Source: a virus. Taken from it: DNA of 64,000 nucleotides. The notes beneath the pieces were generated by a model. That model saw nothing but the letters and a program-made list of their open reading frames with translations. It did no database searches and was not told the DNA's origin. Below, piece by piece: positions 48,270 through 58,526 of this stretch. The DNA is taken from IMG/VR virus record IMGVR_UViG_3300023174_000075, positions 60,428 through 124,427 of that record; one strand, 5' to 3'. The position numbers and the translations under genes are program-made. How positions within the stretch are numbered: the first letter of the stretch is position 1; every line of letters starts with the position of its first letter.

Positions 48270-49284
48270 ATTCTATTATATCAGGACAATATATATCTTT
48301 TGTTAATGTTATTAAAGCACTTCCCCATGATAATCCAACTCCAAATCCACAAATAAACATTTTATTATTTGCTTTTACTTTATTAGTATAGTTTATAGTA
48401 AGGGGAATTGTTGCTGAACTTGTATTACCATATTTTTGGATTGAGTATAGAGCTTTATCTTCAAAGATATTTAATTTTTTACATATCCTATCATTCATCA
48501 TTTTATTAGCTTGATGAAATATAAAGTAATCTATTTCACTTATATTTAAAGAATAATGATCAAAAAATTCATTAATTATTTTTGGAACTTTATTTACCCC
48601 AAAACTAAATACATCCATTCCTTCTAATATAATATTACACTTACTTCTTTCAATTCCATCTGTTGTTTCTATATTTAATGAATCATTATTAAATTTATTT
48701 CTAGATCCTCCATCTGGTATTATTATGGCTTTATATCCTTCCCCATCTGATCCTAGTCCAAATAACATTTCATTGGCTGATTCATTATATTCTATAATAG
48801 TAGCGGTTCCAGCATCTCCAAATAATGGTTTTGTACTTTGATCATTTGGATTTACTTCTTTAGATATAGTATCACCTACTAATAACAATCCTTTTTTTAA
48901 TTTTCCTGATGATATTAGAGATGATATAGTGTATAAGCCATAGACATATCCGGAACACCCCAGTGGTATATCAAAACACACACATGATTGAGATAGTCCT
49001 AATTTATATTGTAAAATAGTACTAGTAACAGGTAATTTATAGTCGGGTGTTTGACTTACGAATATCAAAACATCAATGTCATTTTTATCAATGTTTAAAT
49101 CATCTATTAGTTTATTAGCAGATGTTAAACATAAATCTGATGTACATGTATGTTGGTTTGATATTCGGGTTTCCTCAACTCCAGTAGTAGAAATAAATTT
49201 AGTATTAGTGTTAATACTTTTTTGTTTTGGAACAGTAGTAGATATTCCTAATATATTAATATTTTTTATATTAATAAATGACAT
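48262..49284 (-). CDS. fabH: 3-oxoacyl-ACP synthase III (second copy)
   Basis: LGCSGYVYG, FHQAN, GNTSSA. Confidence 0.9.
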   Translation of the reverse strand: MSFINIKNINILGISTTVPKQKSINTNTKFISTTGVEETRISNQHTCTSDLCLTSANKLIDDLNIDKNDIDVLIFVSQTPDYKLPVTSTILQYKLGLSQSCVCFDIPLGCSGYVYGLYTISSLISSGKLKKGLLLVGDTISKEVNPNDQSTKPLFGDAGTATIIEYNESANEMLFGLGSDGEGYKAIIIPDGGSRNKFNNDSLNIETTDGIERSKCNIILEGMDVFSFGVNKVPKIINEFFDHYSLNISEIDYFIFHQANKMMNDRICKKLNIFEDKALYSIQKYGNTSSATIPLTINYTNKVKANNKMFICGFGVGLSWGSALITLTKDIYCPDIIEYE

Positions 49285-49517
49285 TATTTTCTACTTTTTA
49301 CAATTTCAAAAAGATCGTTAAATGTTTGAGAATTTTTTATATCTTGTCCTGTTATTTTTATTCCGTATTCATCTTCAATCATCATTATAATGACTAAAGC
49401 ATCCATAGAATCAAAAACATGAATGTCTCTAAAACAGGTTTCACCTGTTATAGGAGTATTGTTATTAACATTTTCTAGTTGAGAGAGAAAATCTTCAATA
49501 AATTTATTTATTTCCAT
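49284..49517 (-). CDS. acyl carrier protein
   Basis: 77 aa, acidic, FDSMD phosphopantetheine site, IEDEYGIKI. Confidence 0.88.
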   Translation of the reverse strand: MEINKFIEDFLSQLENVNNNTPITGETCFRDIHVFDSMDALVIIMMIEDEYGIKITGQDIKNSQTFNDLFEIVKSRK

Positions 49518-49564
49518 AATTTTATTTTTTATAATGTGAATATAATAAGAATGTTTGGCCTAAT

Positions 49565-50203
49565 CTAATCTCTATTTGCTTTGTTATAAATGTCAAATTT
49601 AGATAGATCTGGGTATGGTAATTCTAAATCTTCATTATGTTTAGGAACACCATTTGATGTGTAGAATTGATTCATTAATAATAGGCCACGAGCTGCTAGT
49701 TCAGGCATCATATAAAAATTCCATCCCATCATATCAAAATGGTCTTCGTGATATGAACATTCACGACGGCCACTATATCTAGCTCGTTTAAACCAGAAAT
49801 AAGCATCCTCATTATCAGTTAATATAGCACCACCTTTAGATAATTTAAAATGCTTATACGGACCAGTAAACGAAATACACATATGTGTTCCTGGTTTATA
49901 CATTCCTGATGTGAAGCTAAGAGCGGAGTCCCATACATTAGTTGGTTCTAATTGATATGCTCCTTTAATTGTTTTACCTTTAACTTTTTTAAAGTTAATT
50001 TTAGCACCGGCATGAGCAATTTCACAAGGTACTGATGGGTATGTACGTGAAGGAATTGTTATTTCTATTCCTTTAACCTTTTCATACATCAATGCTAAAA
50101 ATAATCCATTTGATTGATTATCAACAGTTATTACGTAAGGAGCACCTGTATAGTCTGCTAAGCGTTTTTCAAATTCTAGTGTAATATCGTATACATTTTT
50201 CAT
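49565..50203 (-). CDS. DegT/DnrJ-family aminotransferase (short form)
   Basis: FEKRLADYTGA, WDSA, SFTGPYKH, GGAILTD, GWNFYM; only 212 aa. Confidence 0.75.
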   Translation of the reverse strand: MKNVYDITLEFEKRLADYTGAPYVITVDNQSNGLFLALMYEKVKGIEITIPSRTYPSVPCEIAHAGAKINFKKVKGKTIKGAYQLEPTNVWDSALSFTSGMYKPGTHMCISFTGPYKHFKLSKGGAILTDNEDAYFWFKRARYSGRRECSYHEDHFDMMGWNFYMMPELAARGLLLMNQFYTSNGVPKHNEDLELPYPDLSKFDIYNKANRD

Positions 50204-50215
50204 ATTTTAAATATA

Positions 50216-51136
50216 TTAATTACTTTTTAAAAAACCAAATTTACTTATTCTTTCTTGAACATAGTAGGGAATTTTCTCTTCAAAACTATTTATTTGATTT
50301 AATTGTTTTGTTTGGGGATTTAATTTAATAGCATCTTTATAATAAGCATGTAGATTAACATCTTTACAATATGTGTATCTAGATATTGTTTTACCTTCTA
50401 AAACATATTGTTGAAAATCTCCTCCATTTTGTTTAAATATATTACTAACAATCATTGAATATAAGTCCCAACCTCCCTTTCCTTTCCATTCATCCCAAAC
50501 AGGAGCTAAATCTTTACAAAGAGACTTACTATATAAATCAATCCAACCTGCATATTTTGAATATTGAATTGGTTGTAAAGATATATCTTGAGTGGAATTA
50601 TCTTGATTATTTATTATATCAAATAAATTTTGTTTATTCCAATCTTCATAAGGTATATCTTTATAAATAGGATTAACTAAAGAATCCCACGAACTATCCC
50701 ATAATTTAGAAATTTGAGGAACAATAACAAAATACTTATTTTTTATCTGTTTAGCTCCTTCAACCATGTATGGTATTGTATATTCATCAAATATTATATC
50801 AGGACATAAATTTACATAAAAATCTACCTCAGAAGAGATAGATTCACGTTCAAAATCAAGATGTCCATACAATTGATCACCATCATATATTTTTTCATTA
50901 TATGTGAATTCTTCGGGCAATAAACATTTTAAATTTTTATATTTTTTTATAAAAATATCTTTAGATATACTAGATTCTTCCCAATTAATCATATAACTAG
51001 AAACATTCAAGCATGATTCTAAAGTTACTTTATCTTCCTCATTAAAATGAGAAAATGATTTAGCTAATCGATTATACGTTAGTATAGCATAATCTAATTC
51101 CCAAGGCATTAAATGTAACCTAATTTTAATGTTCAT
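50216..51136 (-). CDS. hypothetical protein, possible glycosyltransferase
   Basis: 306 aa in sugar cluster; CPDIIFD. Confidence 0.5.
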   Translation of the reverse strand: MNIKIRLHLMPWELDYAILTYNRLAKSFSHFNEEDKVTLESCLNVSSYMINWEESSISKDIFIKKYKNLKCLLPEEFTYNEKIYDGDQLYGHLDFERESISSEVDFYVNLCPDIIFDEYTIPYMVEGAKQIKNKYFVIVPQISKLWDSSWDSLVNPIYKDIPYEDWNKQNLFDIINNQDNSTQDISLQPIQYSKYAGWIDLYSKSLCKDLAPVWDEWKGKGGWDLYSMIVSNIFKQNGGDFQQYVLEGKTISRYTYCKDVNLHAYYKDAIKLNPQTKQLNQINSFEEKIPYYVQERISKFGFLKSN

Positions 51137-51141
51137 TTTTA

Positions 51142-51708
51142 TTATTTAAATCTTAAACCAATAATTTCATCTCTACTAGAAGCATTAAATCTTAAATCTA
51201 AAACATACAATCCAAGTTCTCTTTTAATATAAGCTAAGTTATTACGATACATTTCATGAATATCTTCACATACTAATACTCCACCTTCATTTAAAAGAGA
51301 ATAATAGTTTCTAAAGAACCAATCTTGTGAAGGCCATGAATGCGGACCATCATCAATAATAATATCAAATAAACCTTCTTTTTCTTTAAGCATATCTAAC
51401 ATTGTCGGTGAATATGCATCATACTCAGGCCCAGCATATAATTTTACTTTATCATTTGGGATAGTTCCTCTATATGTTTGATTGTCAAGTCCCACATACT
51501 TTTCCACATAAGATATTTCTGAGAATGGGCCTACTGATCCTTCACCAAACATACTTATCCCTATTTCTAACACTTTAAGTGGGCGATTGAGTTTAAGATA
51601 CTGAGAGTTAAATATTAGGTTATAACTTATACCATATTGATGGACAGTATTTTTATCTGTTGATCCATTTAAAAGAATATTGCCAACATCACAATAAGAG
51701 TGGTTCAT
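51142..51708 (-). CDS. class I SAM-dependent (sugar O-)methyltransferase
   Basis: TDK...H.Y, VLEIGI, FDIIIDDGPH, GGVLVCED. Confidence 0.85.
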   Translation of the reverse strand: MNHSYCDVGNILLNGSTDKNTVHQYGISYNLIFNSQYLKLNRPLKVLEIGISMFGEGSVGPFSEISYVEKYVGLDNQTYRGTIPNDKVKLYAGPEYDAYSPTMLDMLKEKEGLFDIIIDDGPHSWPSQDWFFRNYYSLLNEGGVLVCEDIHEMYRNNLAYIKRELGLYVLDLRFNASSRDEIIGLRFK

Positions 51709-51710
51709 AT

Positions 51711-52481
51711 TTATTTATTTTTAAGTTTATTATATACTTCTTTAATTCCTTGTTTTAATCCTATAAAATCAATAGGTAATATATTTCCTTCACCTTTATA
51801 ATTAGGTCCATCATCATTTTCAACTTTTATATCAACTTTATATTCATCTAGTTCATTGATTAATTGAGCTATTCTAGTTAATGAGCATGTTGTGTTGTAA
51901 GAACAATCTGTTTCTTTAGGTAAATTATTATTATTTATGTAATACTCTATCATCTTAACTAAGTCAGGCATATAAATAAAATCCATATACTTATCTTGAT
52001 GAATTTGAATTGATTCTTTATTTATATATCGTTTAATATTTGCTTTAATGAATCTAGTATCTAATTCATTTTCATCAAAAACAGCAAATATTCTGATGTT
52101 ATGGAAATTGTCTTTACCTAATATAGATTGTCTTATTACATGTTTACTTAATCCATATGGAGTATCTTGAGCATATAATTCTGCTCCTGATCCAAAATGA
52201 ATTAATTTATCAAAATGATCTTTATTGTTTAATAGATTATAATACATAATTAAATTATCATCTATTATATTTGAATCATCTTGTTTTAATCTACTTCCTC
52301 CTTTAACAGCACAGTGAATAACTACATCAAATAATCTATGTTTAAAGAAAATATTTGTTGCTTCTCTATTAGTTAAATCAAAATTATCTCTACTAACAGA
52401 CATTACATTATATTTATCTTTTAATGCGTTATATAATGATTTAGCAATATAGCCATTACCACCTGTAATTAATATATTCAT
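51711..52481 (-). CDS. NAD-dependent epimerase/dehydratase
   Basis: ITGGNGYIA, GSGAE, YGLSK. Confidence 0.88.
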   Translation of the reverse strand: MNILITGGNGYIAKSLYNALKDKYNVMSVSRDNFDLTNREATNIFFKHRLFDVVIHCAVKGGSRLKQDDSNIIDDNLIMYYNLLNNKDHFDKLIHFGSGAELYAQDTPYGLSKHVIRQSILGKDNFHNIRIFAVFDENELDTRFIKANIKRYINKESIQIHQDKYMDFIYMPDLVKMIEYYINNNNLPKETDCSYNTTCSLTRIAQLINELDEYKVDIKVENDDGPNYKGEGNILPIDFIGLKQGIKEVYNKLKNK

Positions 52482-52483
52482 TG

Positions 52484-52960
52484 TTATTTACTTAAATTAA
52501 TATAATATGGAAGTTTGGTATTATAAGATTCATTAAAAGTATTAACTACATCTTCATCTGTTTGAGGATGAACACTTTTTAAATTTTTAAATACACTCAT
52601 AGCTTCTAAATCTTCTTCAGCCCAATGTGAAAATCCTAAATAACCATAATCACGATTACGTCCACTTCCTACTAATTTAACCGGTATTTTTTCATGATCA
52701 ATATAGTTTCTTATAATTTCAAAAGGACGATAAATTACAAAAGGAGTAATTGAATATACATAAACTGTTTTTCCTTCTAATGTCATTCCTACTGCTGCTC
52801 CTAATAAGGCCATTTCTGATGATCCAAAGTTATAGAATTGGGATGGTACTTCTTTGCGGATTTGGTCAAATAATCCATATCCAACATCTCCAATACACAA
52901 TACTACATCTTTATCATGTTTCATTTTTTCTAAAAGTAAAGAGGCAAATATTTTTCTCAT
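52484..52960 (-). CDS. transketolase pyrimidine-binding subunit
   Basis: GDVGYG, N.G.SEMALLGAAVG, RPFEIIR, SH. Confidence 0.85.
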   Translation of the reverse strand: MRKIFASLLLEKMKHDKDVVLCIGDVGYGLFDQIRKEVPSQFYNFGSSEMALLGAAVGMTLEGKTVYVYSITPFVIYRPFEIIRNYIDHEKIPVKLVGSGRNRDYGYLGFSHWAEEDLEAMSVFKNLKSVHPQTDEDVVNTFNESYNTKLPYYINLSK

Positions 52961-52961
52961 T

Positions 52962-53579
52962 TTAATTTGATTTTGCTGTTAAATAATCGTGTTCTCTCAT
53001 GATATGATAATGAGCATTTAAACCCTTTAAGAAAGGATATTGTTCAACTGTTGTATATTCTACATTAATAGAAGGTAAAAATACCTTTAATCTGTTTACT
53101 AAGTATTCAGTATTTACTTCATCATAACCAGCCATACCATTAACATTAACATATACTTCTATATTTGGTATATTCATTTCATATATTACTTTTAATGATT
53201 CCCAAACACTTCCTTCAGCACACTCTCCATCACTTATCAAAACAAACACTTTTCTTTTAGGATTAGCTAACGCTCTTCCAACAGCTACAGTGATACCTAA
53301 ACCTAAACTTCCCGTAGAACAGTAGATGTGGTTTTTTTCATCTAAATGAGGATGTCCACCTTGCTGTAAAAATAATTGCTCAGCATCCAAACCATGATAT
53401 TTTTCCAAACAAACATAAAGCGCTAAAGCAGCATGTCCTGAAGATAAAATAAATATATCTTCTGGTTGTTTTTTCTGGAATATTTTATCCACGATATCCA
53501 CGCTGGATAAGTAACTACCTAGATGTCCTAGCTTATGTTTATAAGCTATATCTATTATTCTTTGTTTTAATTCTTTCAT
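52962..53579 (-). CDS. transketolase N-terminal (TPP-binding) subunit
   Basis: GHLGSYLS, LSSGHA, TGSLGLG, SDGECAEGSVWE. Confidence 0.88.
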   Translation of the reverse strand: MKELKQRIIDIAYKHKLGHLGSYLSSVDIVDKIFQKKQPEDIFILSSGHAALALYVCLEKYHGLDAEQLFLQQGGHPHLDEKNHIYCSTGSLGLGITVAVGRALANPKRKVFVLISDGECAEGSVWESLKVIYEMNIPNIEVYVNVNGMAGYDEVNTEYLVNRLKVFLPSINVEYTTVEQYPFLKGLNAHYHIMREHDYLTAKSN

Positions 53580-53585
53580 TTTGTT

Positions 53586-54458
53586 TTATTTTATTCCTTT
53601 GTTATGATTAATTTCTTCTAAAGTATACTCTGGGTTTTCATTTATGAAGGTTTCTGTTATTTTCCAATGTTGAGCATAGAATTTAAGTAATTTAATATGT
53701 CCCTGCATGGTTTCTTCATTTATTCCTCGCATCCAATAATTAGGATCTGATGGTGGGATTTTAGCATATCTATTTTGCATATGATGAATTAGAATTTTAT
53801 CAAAATGAGAAATAGCTATTACATTTTTTCTAAAATAATAAAAAATATCAAAATTCCATCTTTCAATACTATCCCATGGGAAATTAATAGAAGGATTATA
53901 CCAATCCAAATCACTCATGTCTATTTTAGATGATAAGAAATCTAAATGATTATTATTAAAAACTAAACACGCTTGGTTCCAATTATTGAATTCGGCATAT
54001 GTAATTCCTTCATGAATAAATGGACTATTGTAATTCCACTTCCATGTATCATTCATATGATGCAGATCATTATATTGTCTATTCATAGGAAAAGACAAAT
54101 CAGATGATTCATCAATTTCATATCTCATAAATTTTGAATATATATCTACAGGTAATGTTTTTGTAGACTCTAACCAAAATTTAATATTTTCATAAGTAAT
54201 AAAAATATCAGCTTCTAAAGCAATATATAAATCATATTTTCCTTTATTTTCATATATTGTTTTCCAAGTACTTCTAGGATATAATAAATTACTTTTTAAG
54301 GTAAGAACATTATCTTTTATTCCATCAATGTTTAAAGGGATATTACTATTAATTATTATATCTATTTCCTCTGGCCATGATTTATACTCCTCAATTGATT
54401 TTTTAATACAATCAACTTGGTTTGTTCCAAAATTAGCAATTACAACTAATATCTTCAT
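53586..54458 (-). CDS. hypothetical protein, possible glycosyltransferase
   Basis: YDLYIALEAD; cluster context. Confidence 0.45.
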   Translation of the reverse strand: MKILVVIANFGTNQVDCIKKSIEEYKSWPEEIDIIINSNIPLNIDGIKDNVLTLKSNLLYPRSTWKTIYENKGKYDLYIALEADIFITYENIKFWLESTKTLPVDIYSKFMRYEIDESSDLSFPMNRQYNDLHHMNDTWKWNYNSPFIHEGITYAEFNNWNQACLVFNNNHLDFLSSKIDMSDLDWYNPSINFPWDSIERWNFDIFYYFRKNVIAISHFDKILIHHMQNRYAKIPPSDPNYWMRGINEETMQGHIKLLKFYAQHWKITETFINENPEYTLEEINHNKGIK

Positions 54459-55412
54459 TTATACTATATTTTTAAATGTATTTATGTTATAATAGATATC
54501 ATTATCAAAATCAGAGAAGTTATTATAATTATTTATTAAATCCTCAATGATATTTTTAACATCATATTGTGGATTAAATTTAAGATTATTTTTTGCTTTT
54601 TCCAAACTTACTTTATAATTCCTAACATCTTGAATACTAAGATTATTTATGATGATTTGTTTATCAGGATATGCTTTTTCTATTTCTTCTTTAACTATTT
54701 GAGCTAATTCTTTTATTTGATAATTACCTGAGCATATGTTATATGTCCCTGATGGAGCGTCTAATTCAATAGCATTAGTATATGCTTGAACAGCATCCTG
54801 AATTGATAGTATTGGTCTCCAAATTTCAGGGTTATTAACAGTGATAGTAGATGTAGTCATAGCATGTTTGAACATAATATTTAAAACTAAATCTAATCTC
54901 ATTCTAGGAGAATAACCACATACTGTTCCTTTTCTTAAAGCAATTACTTTAAAGTTATCATCAGCTATTTGTAATACACCTCTTTCTCCTTGTAATTTAG
55001 AGATACCATATGGGTGTTGAGTAAATGTAGGATCTTCTTCTGTTGAGAAACGATCATCAGAGAAACCGTACACTGAACAACTACTAGCATATATGAATTT
55101 TTTTACTCCTGCTTTCTTAGATATATAAGCTAAATAAGAAGGACATGCTGAGTTTTGTATGAAATTTTCTGATGGGGAGAAATCAGCCATTGGGTCATTA
55201 GATAATCCTGCTATGAAGACTACAGTATCAAATCCAATTAAATCCTCTTGTTTAAGATCAAATATATCTTTTTTAATTACTTTATCACAATCAGTTTTGT
55301 TTCCAAACCATTGTAAATCAACTATAGTAATAATATCGTGGTGTTTTTCTTTAAGGTGGTTATGTAACATAGTACCTACATAACCGCAACCTCCTGCTAG
55401 TAATATTTTCAT
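54459..55412 (-). CDS. NAD-dependent epimerase/dehydratase
   Basis: GGCGYVG, ASSCSVYG, YGISK, SPRMRLDL. Confidence 0.9.
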   Translation of the reverse strand: MKILLAGGCGYVGTMLHNHLKEKHHDIITIVDLQWFGNKTDCDKVIKKDIFDLKQEDLIGFDTVVFIAGLSNDPMADFSPSENFIQNSACPSYLAYISKKAGVKKFIYASSCSVYGFSDDRFSTEEDPTFTQHPYGISKLQGERGVLQIADDNFKVIALRKGTVCGYSPRMRLDLVLNIMFKHAMTTSTITVNNPEIWRPILSIQDAVQAYTNAIELDAPSGTYNICSGNYQIKELAQIVKEEIEKAYPDKQIIINNLSIQDVRNYKVSLEKAKNNLKFNPQYDVKNIIEDLINNYNNFSDFDNDIYYNINTFKNIV

Positions 55413-56749
55413 TATTTGTTTTTAAAAAAATTATCAACTACTGTTTCAATATAATCTAATTGTTCATCTGTTATTCCAGGATATACTCCTAAGAAGAATG
55501 TGTCTTTTGTAGATTTAGTGGCTATTGGGAATTGTTCTTTAGGATTTTCATAGTTTTCTGCTAATTCTTGATATGCAGGATGGAATAGAGCATTGCCTGT
55601 AAAATATGATCTTGTTTGAATTTTAGCTTCTTCTAAATATTCTACTAAATCATTCTTTTCAAATGAACAATTATCTTTTAATGTAATTAAGAATCCAAAC
55701 CATGATGGATTAGCTTGATCTAATGCTTTAGGTAAATAAACAAAGTTCTCATACTTACTAAACATATTTAACATTCTATTAAAGTTATGTCTTCTTCTAT
55801 CATGTAAATACTCTAATTTATCCAATTGAGCTATCCCCATTGCTGCTTGTAATTCTAGTGGTTTTAAGTTATAACCAACTTCATCAAATACAAATCTATG
55901 ATCATATATAATATCATCATGTCCTTTAAACCAATTACTTAATCTATTACCGCATGCTGTTCCGCCTAATATACTTCCAGGTTTAACACTGTTACAATAA
56001 CATGCTCTACCCCAATCTCTAAGAGAAGCTAAAGCCATTCTTGTTTTAGGAGAATTAGTAGATACAAACCCACCTTCACCCGTAGTCATATGGTGAGCAG
56101 GGAAGAAAGAACATGTTGATATTTTACCAAATGATCCTAATGGAATACCATTCCAAGTAGATCCCAAAGCATCACAACAATCTTCTAAGAATACCAAATC
56201 ATATTTTTCAACAATGTTCATTACTCTATCCATATCTGGAGGATTTCCTAACACGTGAGCAAATATAAGACCTCTAATTTCTTTATTAGTATCTTCTTCA
56301 AGTAATTTTTCAACTTGGTCTAAATTAAGATTCAAATTAGGTAATTCAACATCCACAAATACGGGTTCAAATCCATTTTGAATTAGTGGATTAATTGTAG
56401 TAGGAAAACATACTACGGGAGTAATAAATTTACTTCCTTTAGGTAAATTACCTCCTCTTTTTGTTCTTAATAATGATACCATCAATAGGTTAGCTGAGCT
56501 ACCTGAATTAACCATTATGCCATCTGTTTTTCCTAGGAATGGGGCGAATTTCTTTTCAAATTCTCTACCCTTTTCCCCTAAAATAAACCATCCTTTTAAA
56601 AGAGATTCAACCGCAGCTACGTACTCTTTATCATCAAAAACAGGGCCAGAATATTGAATCCAATCTTTTCCGGGAGTCCAAGATGCATTTTGGTTTTTCT
56701 CATTAATAAATTCACTTACTAAATCTAAAATTTGTTGTTTCTTATCCAT
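55412..56749 (-). CDS. rfbH: NDP-4-keto-6-deoxyhexose 3-dehydratase (RfbH/DdhC-like)
   Basis: NSGSSANL, EDCCDALG, SFFPAHHMTTGEGG (His in place of Lys), RDWGRACYC. Confidence 0.88.
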   Translation of the reverse strand: MDKKQQILDLVSEFINEKNQNASWTPGKDWIQYSGPVFDDKEYVAAVESLLKGWFILGEKGREFEKKFAPFLGKTDGIMVNSGSSANLLMVSLLRTKRGGNLPKGSKFITPVVCFPTTINPLIQNGFEPVFVDVELPNLNLNLDQVEKLLEEDTNKEIRGLIFAHVLGNPPDMDRVMNIVEKYDLVFLEDCCDALGSTWNGIPLGSFGKISTCSFFPAHHMTTGEGGFVSTNSPKTRMALASLRDWGRACYCNSVKPGSILGGTACGNRLSNWFKGHDDIIYDHRFVFDEVGYNLKPLELQAAMGIAQLDKLEYLHDRRRHNFNRMLNMFSKYENFVYLPKALDQANPSWFGFLITLKDNCSFEKNDLVEYLEEAKIQTRSYFTGNALFHPAYQELAENYENPKEQFPIATKSTKDTFFLGVYPGITDEQLDYIETVVDNFFKNK

Positions 56750-57562
56750 TTATATTAAATTATTATGTTTAAATATTTCTGTTACTTTATTAATTATATT
56801 TTGTTCGTAATTAACATACTGAAGGGCTTGTTGGTAATTTTCTTCAATTACCTCTTTTTTGGAATTATAATAGCTATCTGTTAATTGATTGGAAATATAA
56901 ATAAATTCATCTGCCTCCCCAAATTCAATTATACCCTCTGTGTTAAAGAAATCACTTATATTTGAACATCCCCAATACATTGGAATTGTTTTTAATAGGA
57001 AACAATCTAATATTTTTTCACTAAACCATCCTCTATGAGCAAAGTTTTCAATAGCTACTCCAAATTGAGCATCACCGAATACTTCTTCTTTATCTATTCT
57101 AGCTCTCTCAATATTATGTCTATCTCCATACACATCAAAGAATTTAGTTGGAATTTTAATTTCATCTTTTCTATCTAATATTTCCCAACGAATCTGATGT
57201 CCGTATGATTTTAAAAGATTTCCTCTTAAATGAGATATCTTAAATTCCTTTTTGTGTTCTTTCTCATATTGATCTGATTTGAGCCAGGTATGACCAAATG
57301 GTAAGAAAATAGCATTTTCACAATTATTTAATACTTTATCATTCCATGTTAATATAGCATCGAATAGGTGTTTGTTTTGAATAACCCAATCATGCTTACC
57401 AAAATATTCATTTGGTTCATGTAATGTTATAATATTAATAGAGGATAATTCCTCTTGAGAAGTAGGAATATCTTCTACAAATAAAGAAAAATCAATATCT
57501 TTTAAATAACTTAACTTTTCTTCAAATATTTTAGAGTCTAAAAAATTAGTTTTTATTTTCAT
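56750..57562 (-). CDS. glycosyltransferase family 10 (fucosyltransferase-like)
   Basis: IENF...WFSEKILDCF...TIPMYWG. Confidence 0.8.
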   Translation of the reverse strand: MKIKTNFLDSKIFEEKLSYLKDIDFSLFVEDIPTSQEELSSINIITLHEPNEYFGKHDWVIQNKHLFDAILTWNDKVLNNCENAIFLPFGHTWLKSDQYEKEHKKEFKISHLRGNLLKSYGHQIRWEILDRKDEIKIPTKFFDVYGDRHNIERARIDKEEVFGDAQFGVAIENFAHRGWFSEKILDCFLLKTIPMYWGCSNISDFFNTEGIIEFGEADEFIYISNQLTDSYYNSKKEVIEENYQQALQYVNYEQNIINKVTEIFKHNNLI

Positions 57563-58526
57563 TATTATAATAATTTAACCAATGTTCAATCATTTCATCT
57601 AACATTGTTTCAAATGTATATGTTGGTTGCCAATTAATGTATTTTTTTAATTTTAAAGTATCACCTTTTAAATCATGTAATTCTTCAGGGCGTAGAAACT
57701 TTTCATCTTGAGTAACGTATTCTTTCCAATCTAATTCTAATGATGAAAATACATAATCACATAATTCTCTAACAGAATGTGATATTCCTGTAGCACATAC
57801 AAAATCATCTGATTTGTCTAATTGTAATATTTCCCACATTGCTCTAACATAATCTTTGGCATGTCCCCAGTCCCTAGTTGCATCTAAATTACCTAGTTTA
57901 AGTTCATTAGATAATCCTAATTTAATTTTAACTGCTTCTTTACATACTTTATTTGTAACGAAGTTAGTACCTCTTCTAGGTGATTCGTGATTAAATAAAA
58001 TACCATTTGAAATAAACATATTATATGAATGTCTATAATTCCTACAAATATTATAACTAAATACTTTAGCACATCCATAAGGAGATACCGGATTCATTGG
58101 AGTAGTCTCTCTTTGGAATCCATCATTATCTATAGAGTTGCCAAACATTTCAGATGAGGATGCTTGATATACTTTGGCTTCTGGTTTTATTAATCTAATT
58201 GCTTCTAATAAATTTAATGTGCCTATTCCTGTTACGTTTGCTGTGTATAAAGGCTGATCAAATGATATTCTGACATGACTTTGTGCTGCTAAATTGTAAA
58301 TTTCATCAGGTTGTGTCTGTTGTATAATTCTAATTAGAGAGGCCATATCTGTTAAATCAGCATAATATAGTTTTATCTTATTAAATATGCTGTCTAATCG
58401 TGATGTTTGGTTTTCTGCTACTGAGTTTCTTTTTAATATGCCATATACTTCATACCCTTTCTCTAGCAATAGTTCAGCTAAATAGCTCCCATCTTGTCCA
58501 TTTATTCCTGTAATAAGAGCTTTCAT
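57546..58526 (-). CDS. gmd: GDP-mannose 4,6-dehydratase
   Basis: ITGINGQDGSYL, NLAAQSHV, FNHESPRRG, RDWGHAKDY. Confidence 0.96.
   Translation of the reverse strand: MKALITGINGQDGSYLAELLLEKGYEVYGILKRNSVAENQTSRLDSIFNKIKLYYADLTDMASLIRIIQQTQPDEIYNLAAQSHVRISFDQPLYTANVTGIGTLNLLEAIRLIKPEAKVYQASSSEMFGNSIDNDGFQRETTPMNPVSPYGCAKVFSYNICRNYRHSYNMFISNGILFNHESPRRGTNFVTNKVCKEAVKIKLGLSNELKLGNLDATRDWGHAKDYVRAMWEILQLDKSDDFVCATGISHSVRELCDYVFSSLELDWKEYVTQDEKFLRPEELHDLKGDTLKLKKYINWQPTYTFETMLDEMIEHWLNYYNNENKN

Larger units (their letters stand above)
16363..49560 (-). promoter_or_regulatory. dispersed promoter-like repeat GGCA-N10-11-CGTATATTCAC(GTTAACCAAAAA), about 30 copies
   Basis: Plus-strand form (t)ttttggttaacgtgaatatacg-N10-11-tgcc or variants near 16363, 18691, 19013, 19191, 19431, 20166, 20361, 21058, 21381, 21651, 22505, 22843, 23081, 23385, 23697, 23962, 24348, 24671, 24913, 26244, 26485, 28088, 29206, 30934, 32927, 33667, 35947, 39174, 49533; each lies just upstream of an ATG. 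Confidence 0.85.
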
